The notes under the pieces: generated by a model
Told to the model about the DNA's origin: nothing
The model's input: the letters and a program-made list of their open reading frames with translations, nothing else
Databases searched by the model: none
From: Klebsormidium nitens
Lineage: Eukaryota; Plantae; Klebsormidiophyceae
Direction: 5' to 3'
Length of the DNA: 41,420 bases
NCBI GenBank assembly: GCA_000708835.1
Contig: DF237156.1
Span: 1 to 41,420, forward strand
Shown: positions 24,501 through 36,568 of the stretch, in pieces
Numbering within the stretch: the stretch's first letter is position 1
Layout: each line of letters opens with the position of its first letter
Position numbers and translations under genes: made by a program

Positions 24501-27500
24501 TTCCCATCTTTTCGTAGCCATTGACAAAGATTTTACGCACTTTCTGAAGACCTTTGCAACATACCAATGTGTCGGTTTGGGGGAGGGTACATACTAGGCG
24601 TCAGCAAACGTCGCGCGCCGCGGGTTTGCGCCGTAAGAAAGCAGAGTCAATGATTGGGAATGCAAACGGCTAAATTGGGTCTTCATACAGGTTTTGCACG
24701 AGGAATTACCAATCGCTACAAGCAGACCCAAAGCTATACAGGCCAAAATACAATCGTGTTTGGCCCGCAGATTTTCGATCCTTTCAAACGTTGGGATGCG
24801 ATGGCCGCGTTGGCGGGTCATCCGTCTGGATGACCTTTTCCAAAGCCGCCAATCTGGTTGCTGGACCTCGACGACTCGTTGAACTGCACAGTTCAGCAGC
24901 TGAGAAGCTGTTAAGAAGGCCGACTATTTCGAGATTGGGGATGGACAATAGTGAATTGGCATCAGCAGAAGGAAGGCCAAAACACGGAGTCTGGCGCTGC
25001 AAATATGTCACACGCCATGTTTTCCTTCGACTTCATTTGCCGCATCTCAGCGTCGAGCCATCTGTGGATCAGAGATGATGTTTGATTCAAGAAGATTTGT
25101 CAGTTTGGACGCTTTTCTTCCTAGTTCACGAAGTTACATCAACGTTAGAACCAGGGTCTATATGTGCCAGCCTTGCCAGATCCCGATAGCTAAATGGACC
25201 CAATCACTCCGTTTGGCTCAAGGGTGTCTCAGGAAACGTCACTATAAATGATAGCCCGGTATAAGATTGTTGTGAGGCCACTTCGATCTTAAACCTATTC
25301 AGGTTTTCAGGCTATTTTGGTCTTAAACGTTGTGTCAGACCACTTTGATCTTAAAAGCTGAATTTCTGAGATCAGAACGGCCTCAGCAAACGATCTTAAA
25401 CCGGGTTTTGATTTATAGTCGAAACGTCTGTTCATGAGTCCTCCATGTGCTTAAAACGATCTGGTGAGCGAAGCATTTGCTTCAGGACTTCGGTGGTCGA
25501 AGAATGCTTCAAAGACAGGTTATTAGACAAGCCAAAGGACCGGCGAAATCCTGGCGTCAGAAGATCAGCAATGATGCAGTGACCTTCTGGTCAAGCTCTG
25601 CTCGTGTCGTCCCCGCCAGTTGAACTGGTAGCAGTCCGTCGTTTTGACGAGAAAGGCGCCCCAAGGGGTTTCTTACTGTTCTTCTAGGGCCTGCATGTCA
25701 ACCGATTGTCTGCCTCCAAGCTGTGAAAAGTATGATCATAGACTTTGGCGGAAGACTCATTCCAACGATCAGTACGTTGGCTTGAAATCCAATAGCACGG
25801 CGCTTGTCTCGCAGGGCATGAACAGTGCCTTCAAGAACTCGAAGCAAGTTGGAACGGATGCGACATAGCAGCGCTACCCGGGTTGACTTCATATGGTAAC
25901 GTCGAGCTTCGCTTCCATATCAAAGTTATCTGGCGATCACTTCACTGTCCACACGTCAGGCCCATTTCTTGCGTTTGGATATTGTGCGCTGAATCCGCTT
26001 TGAGTTCAATCGGAGGGGTCCGAGTCAGCTGGTCAATACCAAACTGAGTCCCGCACACAAAGAGAGTTCGAACCTGACGATCACAAGCTATTTTTAATCG
26101 AAGTACTCAGATCCTAACAAAAGCAATGCTACTGGTACTGGCCCTGTCATCCACCGGAGGCCGCTATGTTCCATCCGGTGGATAGGCCTCGGGGTACGAC
26201 CCAGAGCCCTCGTTTGCAGCTCTCTATCCAGAGATTTGAAGGTAATTAACGTGGCTCATAGTTATTTTGGGCCCTATGCCATCGAATCAATTCAATCATA
26301 TTCAGTACGTAGGGCTTAGCGACCCCTACATCGTAAATACTCCTAGCTGGTGAGGACTCTTTTGCTATCGTCGACATTCTTCAATTTCTTTGAGAATGAT
26401 GGCATTTTTAGGTCGGCGTCTGATGAAGCACATCAGAGTGACGAGCAAAAAGGTCATCTTGGCTGGGCACCATCATAGCCGGCGCTTCCAGATCAAGGGA
26501 CCAGATCTAAACTGACGCATCTCGATTGCTTTTTTCCAACCAGCTTTTAGTGCGCGTGGCGATCGGCCCGGCTTTCAGAAGGGCTGATTAAAAAGATGGA
26601 TTTGATGGGCTGTTCCATCTATGTTTCTGGAAGACGGCTGGGAGGGAGCTCGCAAATGAATTTGCTCTTTTCCACACTTTCTGCAAAACCCCCTATGCGC
26701 AAGTGCAAAGATGATCCTTTCATTTCAACCCAACGAGCTTACGGCGGCCTCCACCCTTGCTGTATAACGCCATCTGATGACAGGCGTCCACGGTCTCATG
26801 GCTTCATCACCGTAGGTTAGCCAAGCTAGGCCACGAATCTCGTCAATGCCTAAGCACACACATTGGAACAGCCAAGCTCTTCTAAAGAATTGGGTCTTTC
26901 TGACTGCAATGGTGTCATCTCCAGTACCAGCCGGCTCACTCGAAAGTCTCCGGCGCTGTCTGACTACCCTGTGACTGACTACCTACGAGTCTCCGACTTC
27001 TTGAGCGCGCCTGAAATCATGTCGTCACGCGCGCGCAGAGGGGCGCACGCGCGCGCGTGGCGGCTGACGAGCAAGGTACCACGCGGCCACAGCGCGCGAC
27101 GGGCGAATTTGGGCGGCGTGTCCGCGGCTGAGCGCAGCTCGCGCAGCCGCGGTATACCAGCGGCAGAAAGTTATGCGTCTTTGATTTCCAGCGGAAGATT
27201 CTAAAGGCCCCCAGCCCAGCGAAGCTTTTCGTGCCACGTCGATGGCAATGGAAGTAGCAGCAGTACGATAACTTTGAGGAAGTCAGCTCCCTTATTTGAT
27301 CGAAGTCAAAGCGGTAAAAACCAGTTGTGCACGTACTAAAGTGAGATTCAAAACTGTTCAGCTTCGTAGTGGGAGATTTCTTGGGCACGGCGTCCTTTTA
27401 TTGGTGAAAACAAGTTCTGCCCAGGGACTCGAAATGAATTAAACTGGCCGAGAATACGATCTGAGTTCGGATGGCAACGGGAAGGAAGTCTAAATCAGCT

Positions 27501-29739
27501 CTCAGTATCCGCCTCCTTAACGAGGCAAGCGAAAGTAAGGTCATGCAGCTATAAAGTAGCATTTAGACAGAAGGCGAGCAAAGCTAGCGTCAGATCCCCT
27601 ACGATAAGCGGTGACTTGCAAGTCAAGCCTGTCCGTCAATCTTCATTGCCAGAGTTGCGTACTCAATTGCTGCTGACGTAGAACTGTTTCAGTACACCGA
27701 AGTCGCCTAGCTGCCTCGTGAAGGAATGAGTGATGCACGTCCAACTGCCCATCCACCTAATGGGCCCCTCAGCGGAATGACTTAGCAAGATTGCATCGGG
27801 GTCAAGCCACCAAACTCTCGTAGTCTCACCATACTCTGCCAGCTAACGCCTGATCTCAGTGATCTTCCTTTTCAGGAATCTAAAGTTTTATAGACTCAAA
27901 TCTGATTTGGCGTCTGTTGAAATCTACAAGTGCGCCTTCCGGCCCACAAAGTGGCAGTGACCCATCATGGCCTAAACCGCACGTCGAGCTAGGAAGCATT
28001 CCAGAAACACGGCTCAAAGTTTGTTTGCCCCGGCCCTTAGCCAGATTGAATGATGATCGGCTGATTGATCCAGAGCGCAACGCTCCGCAACAGATTTCCG
28101 CAACTTCGGCCAGTGCTGATACTCAGACTCCTTCACATTAGAACGTAGCTGAGCTTAAACGAACGGTTCAACCTGAAGGGCTAGCTCTATGAAATCTCTT
28201 CGCGATTGGCAAGCAAGCAATTCATAAAATGAAGCAACCCGGCTCGCCCACGTATCCTGTCAGCCACGCGTGTCACAGCTCTTGTCTTGCTCAGTTCCTC
28301 AATCCAACTACCTGGCAAAATTCTTCCGAGAGCGAGCTCAAAAACACTCAAGCCAGCCCAGCGCGGCTCTTCCCGGGCCGTCTCGGGACGGCGAGGCTTC
28401 ACTTTTGTCAAACTGTCAGGCGAGATACTAAAGACTTACAGCGTCGACCAAGGTTCTACGTCAGCACATGGATTGAAACTGAGACGTTGTCAATAAAGCC
28501 GCTCCGATTCTGCTGCAATTTCCTGCCACTGCCTCCAAAGACTGACCGTATGAAAGTGGACACTCGTGTATCAAGTCGCCAGCAGAGTAATGTCAGTACT
28601 CCGAATCCTGGGTGAGAGGACGTGAAGGCACGTGGCCTTGTGGCTCTCAGTAAGCGTATTCGAAGTCGATTCGCTTTTAACGTCTCATAGCTGACGCCAC
28701 TGTCTGGGAACCGAAAGAGCTGCCTGGCAAGTTGCCCTTTGAACGTGCGAACGGGCCCAGTCCAAACAAACTGGCGAAGAATTGTTGAGACCTCTTCAGA
28801 TGGTTTGCACCTTGTAAAGAGGAGAAGTCACAAGCTTTGGTTGGTTATCGAGCTCAGCCCTGACAAGTCAACAGCGCGCTCTCGCAGCCTCTGGCAAATG
28901 CAACGTGATCCGATCCATCGTTCATAATTCAACTCACGTATCATTAGCAGAGTAACTTAGTAACATTTACGAACTCTTAGAAAGAAGGAGCAGGCACGAG
29001 GGCAATATTACTCCTACTTCAGGCAGGGGGATTGAGCACGCGGTAGCTAGTTGGCATCAGGCAGAGTCCATCGAGCAGGACGGATGTTGACCGAGAGCGT
29101 CAAACGTATAACCTCGTCATTGCCGTACTGAAGCGTTCCCACCGAGAAGCGCCTAGTGGCAAATGTTTGCTGTAAGAGACTGTTCGTTATTTGATGGCAA
29201 ATGATCGTGAAACAGAAGAATCACGCGGCTCCTAAATCTGACGTTCTTCCTGCTTGTCGGCGCTCCAATTGAGCGCCGAAGATCCATCGAAAACCGGTAG
29301 ATCATTTTACCTTATTTCCACACTTCTCTCGCCCTGTAAGGAAACACAGCGAACCGTGGCGTTCTCAAGAAACGGCACAAGCCAATGCAGATTGGCGCAT
29401 GCCGAGCGCGCGTGAGTGCCTACTTTTGGCAAGCTGCGGCCGCGGCGGCCGGCCGCCGGTGCGCAATCGCGAACGAGCACTCAGCTCTCTGACAAAGCAG
29501 CAGGAACGTTGAAACTGATGCGCCGGGGAATGGACTTAATTTAACCTCAGCCTCACCCCACTTTTCGCACAATCAAGTCCGTCAGTTGACCTTGATCTAT
29601 TTGCCAATCTGGAAATTTGGGTTATGGTCAAAAAGCGGCCGCTTTATCTAGCAGTTAGGATCTCGAAGTCGCGAGAAAGGAGTATCTGGAAACGTGTGAG
29701 CAAACGTGCGCCTCGCGCGGCCGCCCGCCACTTCGAAGC

Positions 29740-30140
29740 AAAGCTCCTGAGCTGGAGCCCAGAGGGTTTGAAGTAGGTGACTTCATTGGCAAGGAGGTGC
29801 AAACCCGTCCCTTTCGGGTCGTGAATAACAATGGGACTCTGAAAAGAGACCTTTTGGGAGCTTTCAGCGCTCTATACCTTGACCTCCAAACTCAAACCTC
29901 GTGAAGAATAGGGAAAATGGTCAAAGCCAATCCCAAGGTTTAAATTGGGCAAGTCGCTGAATACAAGCGGCTGAGCTTGCTTGATCACTTCAACGAAGTG
30001 CTCGACTCTTCGTACGTGGTACCTCGTGCGAGCTGATACGAAGCGAAACGCGGCTATGGATAGGCAATACCCTTGCTCGGCTCAGGAAGCTGACGAGCTT
30101 CGAATTTCTGTTCAATTCTAACCTCTGCTCAGGTTATTAT
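29740..30140 (+). pseudogene. Possible decayed ORF fragment, unknown family
   Basis: PELEPRGFEVGDFIGKEVQTRPFRVVNNNGTLKRDLLGAFSALYLDLQTQTS*RIGKMVKANPKV*IGQVAEYKRLSLLDHFNEVLDSSYVVPRAS*. Protein-like composition, and the stops are TGA/TAA, each one C>T step from Arg/Gln codons. Confidence 0.3.
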
Positions 30141-30304
30141 TGCCACGTAGGAATTGGACCCTGCAAGGCCGGTTGATCGCATACCTGGTGACAGGTCCGA
30201 AATCGGAGAAACGGGAGACAAGAATTACTGCTGGCAAATTGTTTACGTCGCTCAGTCGTTTTCAAAAAGCAAGGAGTGTCCCCAAGGCGAGTAAGCGGAA
30301 GGGT

Positions 30305-30540
30305 TGAGTACCGGTTGAAAACCAATCTGAGTACGGGTTCAAAACCAATCTGCCGAACCAATCTGCCAATCTTCCGTTTAATTGCAAGAAGCTCATCCGT
30401 CGAGGGCTAGCACGGGCCGAGCGGGGCCGTCGACGCTGGCACGTGCCTGCACGCCCCGTGCATGCGCCACGCGGCCGCTCGCCCAACGGGTAAGAGTGAC
30501 CCACGAGCTACCGACGCGCGGCCGCGCCGCGCACGGACCA
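30305..30540. promoter_or_regulatory. CCAAT-repeat cluster next to a CGCG-rich island (candidate promoter)
   Basis: A 23-bp unit occurs twice (30305-30327 and 30328-30350, 2 mismatches), followed by shorter copies, giving four CCAAT motifs by 30370. The island that follows has two GCGGCCGC sites (30471, 30518). Function is inferred only. Confidence 0.35.
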
Positions 30541-31096
30541 GTGATAGAGCGCGACCCACAGTCGGGCAGCCGACGCCCAGTGCGCAGTTTTTGCAGGCCG
30601 CTGAGAACTTTCGCCCTCACCCCAGCTGCCAGCAGAAGAATCATCCGTTACCTCTGACAGCCTGGCAAAGCTTTCGTGTGGGGTCGCCGTCCAGATACTT
30701 ACAAAGCCTGCCTTTGCGGCCAGTGACTAATCTGAGAAGTCAGTTCAAATATACTCAGGGAGGTTCGGCCATCCGATCAAATTAAGCTGGCTGGAGGGTT
30801 TGGTCAATGCATGAGGAAGCAAAAACGTCATGGTCATGCCCATTGTAAAGCAGAGGCCACCTATAAGCGGCTCATCTGCACATCCGTCAGACTCTCAAAA
30901 GTAGGCGATAAATGGCCAGCAGGTCAGTAAGATCGTTCAATCTTCAATCTTGGAGCCACATTAACGTCTGACCTCGCCTGCTGACTTATACGACGACCTG
31001 CGCCTGTTGAAATTGCTCTTTGTGGGACCCTACCTTACGTCGAACCGAAGGAGAGCAAATTTGGAAATCTTCAATCTAGCAAGAGTAAGCTTTATA

Positions 31097-31237
31097 AGCA
31101 ATAGTAAGCTCACCAGCTTGAGACGGGTAGGGTTAGTTTGGGGGTTAGGGTGGGTTGGGGTGCGGAGCGGGTGTTTTTGTAAGTTAGGTTCTTAGTGGTA
31201 GTGTCGGAGCTTACTATTGCTAGCCCTTACTATTGCT
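31097..31237. mobile_element. MITE-like element with perfect 15-bp inverted repeats enclosing a G-rich telomere-like tract
   Basis: AGCAATAGTAAGCTC (31097-31111) is the exact reverse complement of GAGCTTACTATTGCT (31207-31221). A second partial copy, CTTACTATTGCT, lies at 31226-31237. The interior contains gggtagggttag...ggggttagggtgggttgggg. No clear TSD. Confidence 0.55.
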
Positions 31238-31302
31238 AAATTGAAAAGACATCAATATTGGCTCTTGAGGCCAGAAGATCAGGGGTCACAATAGCAGGAT
31301 CC

Positions 31303-31660
31303 CTAGTAACTCAACAGTCCGACGAACGTCGATACACTTGCATGGACGGTCCAATCTTTCCACAGGGACACTTTTTGAAAACGAGTTCCGTCATAGGAAA
31401 AGTATTGTATGGCATCAGCATCAAAGAGAACTGCCACTGGCCTTGTAAGCGATCTGTTACAAGCCAGAGAGACTCCGTCATAGCCACTCATAAACAGACT
31501 CTAGGTTTGGCTGATTGAGGATTCCGTTAAAGATTCTAGAGGGTCCGATGAAAACTTTAGATATCGTCCGGCATTCACACTCGTTGCACTCATGGTAAAG
31601 ACCACGTCCTCACAAAAGAGTTGCCCATAGTCCACCTGTCTCATAAAACCTCTATTGGTG
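31303..31660 (-). pseudogene. Possible remnant of a CR-type restriction-endonuclease-like domain
   Basis: The frame reads RGFMRQVDYGQLF...ESSISQT*SLFMSGYDGVSLACNRSLTRPVAVLFDADAIQYFSYDGTRFQK. The last part resembles, by eye, the P-x-x-(G/A)-I-L-x-D-G-x-x-F-x-F-x-x-(F/Y)-D-G motif of fungal CR-REase-like proteins. Weak. Confidence 0.25.
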
Positions 31661-33531
31661 CCGGCCCTGCCTCGTGTTACTTCTCAATCCTTGGGAAACA
31701 ATATGCTTCCCGGGGCGGCTGGTTAGAAATAATAGAGCGCCCACAAAACTCGACGCGGCAAGAAATACTCCGGCGAGATGTCTTCTCTTTCTCCAACACA
31801 TCCGCCGTTGATGGGCTTCCTTTTCGCATGTACCCACCTCCGTGTGTGGGCGCTGTATCACGGAGATGACGTTCAAACAAACGTAACACCACAGATAAGC
31901 AGCCGCCTTCAAGGAAAAGAGGAAAAGCTCAAATTCCTATGCTTTGAGGATGGGCAATTCGGAAACAAGTAGTCCGACTTAACCGCGTGCATCCTCGCAT
32001 GCATATCTGTGACACAAACGGTGCTTCAAAATGACCGGCCACGTTGCGGCTTTCCATCAGATGTGGCCTCGGCCGTTGGAGCTCGTCAGCTGTTGAACTT
32101 TACCAGGATTAAGTGCGCAGAGACTCAAGAGACCCCTAAACATATGCCAGGACTCCGTTCTGAAGAAGGTGAAAGTTACCTTACAGATTACAAGCAAACG
32201 ATGCCGAATCCTAACGCTGGCGTCGAAGAACTCCTGGGACATCTTACTGGCCAGCCGGTCATGTAATCGACTGTCATCATGGCCAGCGATATAATTCGAA
32301 AAAGAAAGCACGATGAAAAGAGATACTCAAACGGTCAACCCAGGATTCAAGGCGCCCCCATTTTGTGGACAATGACCTGACGCTTGGACATGGAGGTAAT
32401 GCTTCCGTACGTTCCATTTCTACTGACGGCGGCCACGCGTAAGTTGGCAGCTGATCTGTCATACGACACGCGCGTATTTTGCTGATATAGCGCGCGCGCG
32501 CGCGCCCTGCAATACAGGGCGAGCCAGCCCGGGGTGGCGTCAGGCCACAACACCAGGAGCATGACTCGAAAAGTCACGGCACTATGGTAGCCATCACTGC
32601 CGGCCGCATTCGAGTCTCGCTCGTGAGGAGCTCTTGAGTTGTGGAACAAACGGGAAATCATTATGAGGCACGAATCAGAAGCCTTGACCTGCCACTAGTT
32701 CCGGCAACGGATTCAACTGGCAAGCAATCACTTTCGTTCAGAGTACGTTAAGTTACCCGCAAACTTACGTGCAAACTGGCATGGGGCTCTCGGTGGAAAA
32801 GGCTGGGGGGCAGTTAAAATGAAACGGCACCTCAAAATGGTTAAAAGTATGCGTGAATGGCCAGCAATCACAGGACATGACAATCCATCATGGGTCCGGG
32901 ACCCAGCACTTCCAGGACGGCGCATTCTTGAGAACCCGACAATCCGTTGTGACTTGAACGCCAAGAACCATTCCGGATGAGCTTGAACGCGTTTCGCGAT
33001 CAACCAGCAGGACATCGGAAAGATGTTGGACCGACCCCAATGCGTCTCCGGAATGTATCCGTGATTTTATTATAGCGGATGTGTTAAAAGAATTCAACTC
33101 CGAGGTCTTTTGGAAGTGTTTCGGCGACAATTCTTCCGAAACAACTCCGAGACTGTCGCCACTGTCCGACCGGGTACGTTTCGGCGACGGTTCCGGTTTA
33201 TTATGGAGGAGCGGACACGCCGCCGAGACGTTATGGTTTCCGCGACTCGGATCTCCGGCATTTAATTTCATATTGACAATGATTAAAATAATCGCGTGTC
33301 GAACCGGGCACGTCAGATCTGCCCGGGGCATATTCAGAAATCACTCTATAGGGAGTCTGCGCGGTAGGGACTTGCAACTTTTTGGAAAAAACCATGATAC
33401 AATTTGGGCCTAGCCAGTACACTGCTTACAGGGCTGTAAGGATCTGCGCAGTCTGCACGCGATATGAATTTTTTCAATTCGATTTTGTGGAAAGTCACAA
33501 GTAGCACATTGCTTAACATGTCAGTCTGCTG

Positions 33532-33767
33532 TATGTCAGCGCTCGAGCGGCATGGGTTCGATTCTGGTTGCCGGCATTCCGCCGAATCGAACTTTTCATC
33601 TTTTGGTCCGCGCGGGCGTAATTTTCAGTCGTGTGACTCGGATACGCCGCGGAAATCTGCATCGACTCGGGGGCGTCTCGGAAATACCCACCTCTCTCCC
33701 CACGATGCGTTAACACCACGGAATCGAATCCGAGGCACTCCGGATTCGGGGTCAGAACTTTGTGATG
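33532..33767 (+). repeat. 236-bp direct repeat, copy A
   Basis: Matches 34210-34445 with 2 substitutions. Confidence 0.95.
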
Positions 33768-34026
33768 GACAGCACGAAAGAAAGGGACCCACAAACTTAG
33801 GCAGTGAGGTGACAGTAGAGCGCATTTCGAGTGGAGAGGAGCTCAACTCGTCGAAACCTGGGTTACATCTTTGCAGTCAGGCATTCTTTAACAAAGTTCG
33901 AAGGTTCGGCGGGTTTAAGCTGGGTGCTAGGGTCAACAAGCATGAATAGGCTTCAGTACGTTTGTCTTCGTCCTCAGACCAGAGGCATCGACGTCACTTC
34001 ATCGCTGATCGGGAAACGCCGGATCT

Positions 34027-34207
34027 NNNNNNNNNNNNNNNNNNNNNNNNNNNNNNNNNNNNNNNNNNNNNNNNNNNNNNNNNNNNNNNNNNNNNNNNNN
34101 NNNNNNNNNNNNNNNNNNNNNNNNNNNNNNNNNNNNNNNNNNNNNNNNNNNNNNNNNNNNNNNNNNNNNNNNNNNNNNNNNNNNNNNNNNNNNNNNNNNN
34201 NNNNNNN
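34027..34207. other. Assembly gap (181 N)
   Basis: Run of N. Confidence 1.
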
Positions 34208-34209
34208 AA

Positions 34210-34445
34210 TATGTCAGCGCTCGAGCGGCATGGGTTCGATCCTGGTTGCCGGCATTCCGCCGAATCGAACTTTTCATCTTTTGGTCCGCGCGGGCGTAAT
34301 TTTCAGTCGGGTGACTCGGATACGCCGCGGAAATCTGCATCGACTCGGGGGCGTCTCGGAAATACCCACCTCTCTCCCCACGATGCGTTAACACCACGGA
34401 ATCGAATCCGAGGCACTCCGGATTCGGGGTCAGAACTTTGTGATG
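34210..34445 (+). repeat. 236-bp direct repeat, copy B (starts at the gap edge)
   Basis: Matches 33532-33767, then diverges into TGTAAGG... at 34444-34446. Confidence 0.95.
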
Positions 34446-34534
34446 TAAGGCTTAGGGTTTAGAAGGCACGTGCATCGTCGAAGGATGAGCCCCAGTAAAG
34501 GATGAAGTTCCTTACAGGAACTAAAGAAATAAGC

Positions 34535-34926
34535 AGAAATAAGCACACCGCTTAATGAAAGGATGATGCTGGCACACCGCCAACGTCGCCTCGCCGCATA
34601 CAAGAGCAATAACACAATTGCTCAGGGAACTTCTGATTTGGCACCCATGGAAGAAGCTCTGCTTGGGGTTCTCACTGAGCCGCCATAACGCGGCTTCTCT
34701 CTCTTAAGGGAAACGTACAGAAAGTTGCCTCAGCAACTTTCAAGTCCGGCATAAGGCTCCAGTCGGAACTATGCTAGCCTCCAGTCTACGCAACATGCAA
34801 TCTATCATTGAGTCCGAGTCAAACGCAATCGTACGATTGAGTCAAATCCTAATCATCAACGGCTGAAATCTATCGCGCGCGCGCAGCTCCAATGTACTGC
34901 GGCACTGAGCCTCTACGGCATGACAG
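34535..34926 (-). repeat. LTR-like direct repeat (3' copy relative to gag)
   Basis: About 99% identical to 36569-36975. Contains the hairpin GAAAGTTGC-ctca-GCAACTTTC and the palindrome CAATCGTACGATTG. Confidence 0.85.
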
Positions 34927-35070
34927 CTGTCGTGCGGTACACTATCGTTGCGGCAACGTCTCGGCGCCATCGTGTCCTGCGCCTCATCTACGAATTGCAT
35001 CATACTAATCCAGCAACAACAATTTAGCTTGCTACCCCCCCCATGCTCGGCAGTGCCGTCTCGGCACAGC

Positions 35071-36140
35071 CTACTCCTCCTCCTCGCCCTCCTCGTTCAC
35101 CACCCGCCAGCGCTCCGCCAGGATTTGAGCCGCGTTGGCATGCACAACCCCTGCGCCCGCTGGGCTTGCGCGCCGTGCTTCCACCAGCCGTGCGTCTCGC
35201 AGCTCCTTGACCATCGCCTTGAGATCGAAGATCTATCTCCTCCCTTAGCTCGACAATCGTGATGTCACGAGGGTCAATCACCCCCGACCCCTGGGCCGCC
35301 TTCTTGCCGGCCCACTCCGGCTTCATGCTGGGGTTGCTCGACCAGCACGCCCCCTCTGCATGCCCCTGCTTTCCACACTTGCCGCACGTCGTCGTCCTGC
35401 TCAGGGTGCAGCGCGCCGCCACGTGATCAGGCTCCCCGCATCGGAAGCAGCCCGCCCCGTCACTGCCCCTCGCCACTCCCGCAACCGTCCCCCTAATGCT
35501 CGCAGCCGCATGCACTAACACAGGCGCCCCCACAAGCTCCGATGCCTGCCACCCCCTGTGGCCCTCAGCGTACGCCTGCGCCAGGTCGATACGCTCTGCA
35601 GTCTCAAATGCCTGGGCAAGGGTGTACACCCCCACAGGGCAGCGCATTGACGAACGTCAACGCCTGCTCCTTCTCAGTCAAGATCCCCGTCTCCTCCTGC
35701 AGCCTCTCCAACCGGCTCAGCAACATCCGGCAGGTCTCATCCTTCCTCATTGCCAAGTTCTGCAGCTCCCTCACGTGCGCAGCGCTTGCCGCCCCAAACT
35801 CCTTCTTGAAGAGTGTCACCAAGTCCTCAAATGGATCCCACTCCGCCATCACCTTTGCCTTCTGCTCCTTCGTTGCCCCCTCCTCCACCTCTGGCTCCTC
35901 CAAAATCTCCCACTTCTTCTTGCACCAAACCTGCAGCGCTTCGTTCTCCAAGTAGGCTGGAAGCTGCTGCAAGAACTCATGCGCTTCCAACTTCTTGTCC
36001 TTCGACTTTGCCTTTGCAAACGCTGCCTCCAATCTGTCATGGAAGTCATCCAGGGACATAGTCCCTGGGCGCCCGCTGTACAAGCCATATCGCCCTCCCC
36101 CCATCTCTGTCGCTGCAGACACCACATAACTGCCTGCCAT
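35071..36140 (-). pseudogene. gag: Frameshifted retrotransposon Gag (capsid-like region + 2 CCHC zinc knuckles + C-terminal coiled coil)
   Basis: MAGSY..YSGRPGTMSLDDFHDRLEAAF..LPAYLENEALQVW..FVNALP, then a frameshift near 35635 into VYTLAQAFETAERID..CFRCGEPDHVAARC..CGKCGKQGHAEGAC. A second frameshift near 35225 leads into FDLKAMVKELRDARL..EEGEEEE* (TAG at 35071-35073). Confidence 0.85.
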
Positions 36141-36568
36141 TCTTGCTAGAAAGCACCCCCCCCAGCTGAAATGCCCTCTACTTCGTCTATTCTGAGCTCA
36201 AGCACACCTGCTTTCAGCTCAAAACCCACAATTCTAGCTCAAACACACAATTTGAGCTGAACCCTAAATCACAATGCCCCCACAATGCGCTGACGCTCCC
36301 GCCTTGCGCACCCCCCCAAAGAAACGCACTCGCCTCTGTTGCTTGACAAGCCCACACAGGGCTGTCTTGCTCCACAGTCCTGGCTGCAGTAAGCCTGGAC
36401 AACACTTAGACCGATTCACAGCCTGTCAGACTCAAGAACCTGGACAAGGCCGCACTCAGCTTTCCAGACCTCCGAGCCTCCGCTTGAGCGCAACCTGAAC
36501 ACACAGGCTGCCTACCACAACTGCTGTTTGGATCTTGCAGGAAACAAAACCCTTAACTTTCTGTACGT

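Noticed and set aside
25265-25400. Degenerate repeats of CCACTTyGATCTTAAA as a possible array or CRISPR
   Set aside because: Only 2-3 divergent units with irregular spacing, in a eukaryotic context with no cas genes.
33545-33590. tRNA or tRNA-derived SINE (GGGTTCGATTC B-box-like; also near 34232 and 15853)
   Set aside because: The T-stem does not pair, and there is no A-box or cloverleaf.
33831-34462. ORFs spanning the N run
   Set aside because: Artificially long because N codons cannot be stops.
35600-35650. Programmed ribosomal frameshift in gag
   Set aside because: No X XXY YYZ slippery heptamer. The shift lies inside the capsid region, where residues appear to be missing, which fits a deletion better.
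35496-36149. 217-aa and 137-aa + strand ORFs
   Set aside because: Antisense shadows of gag (Leu/Gln/Ser-rich, in or near register).
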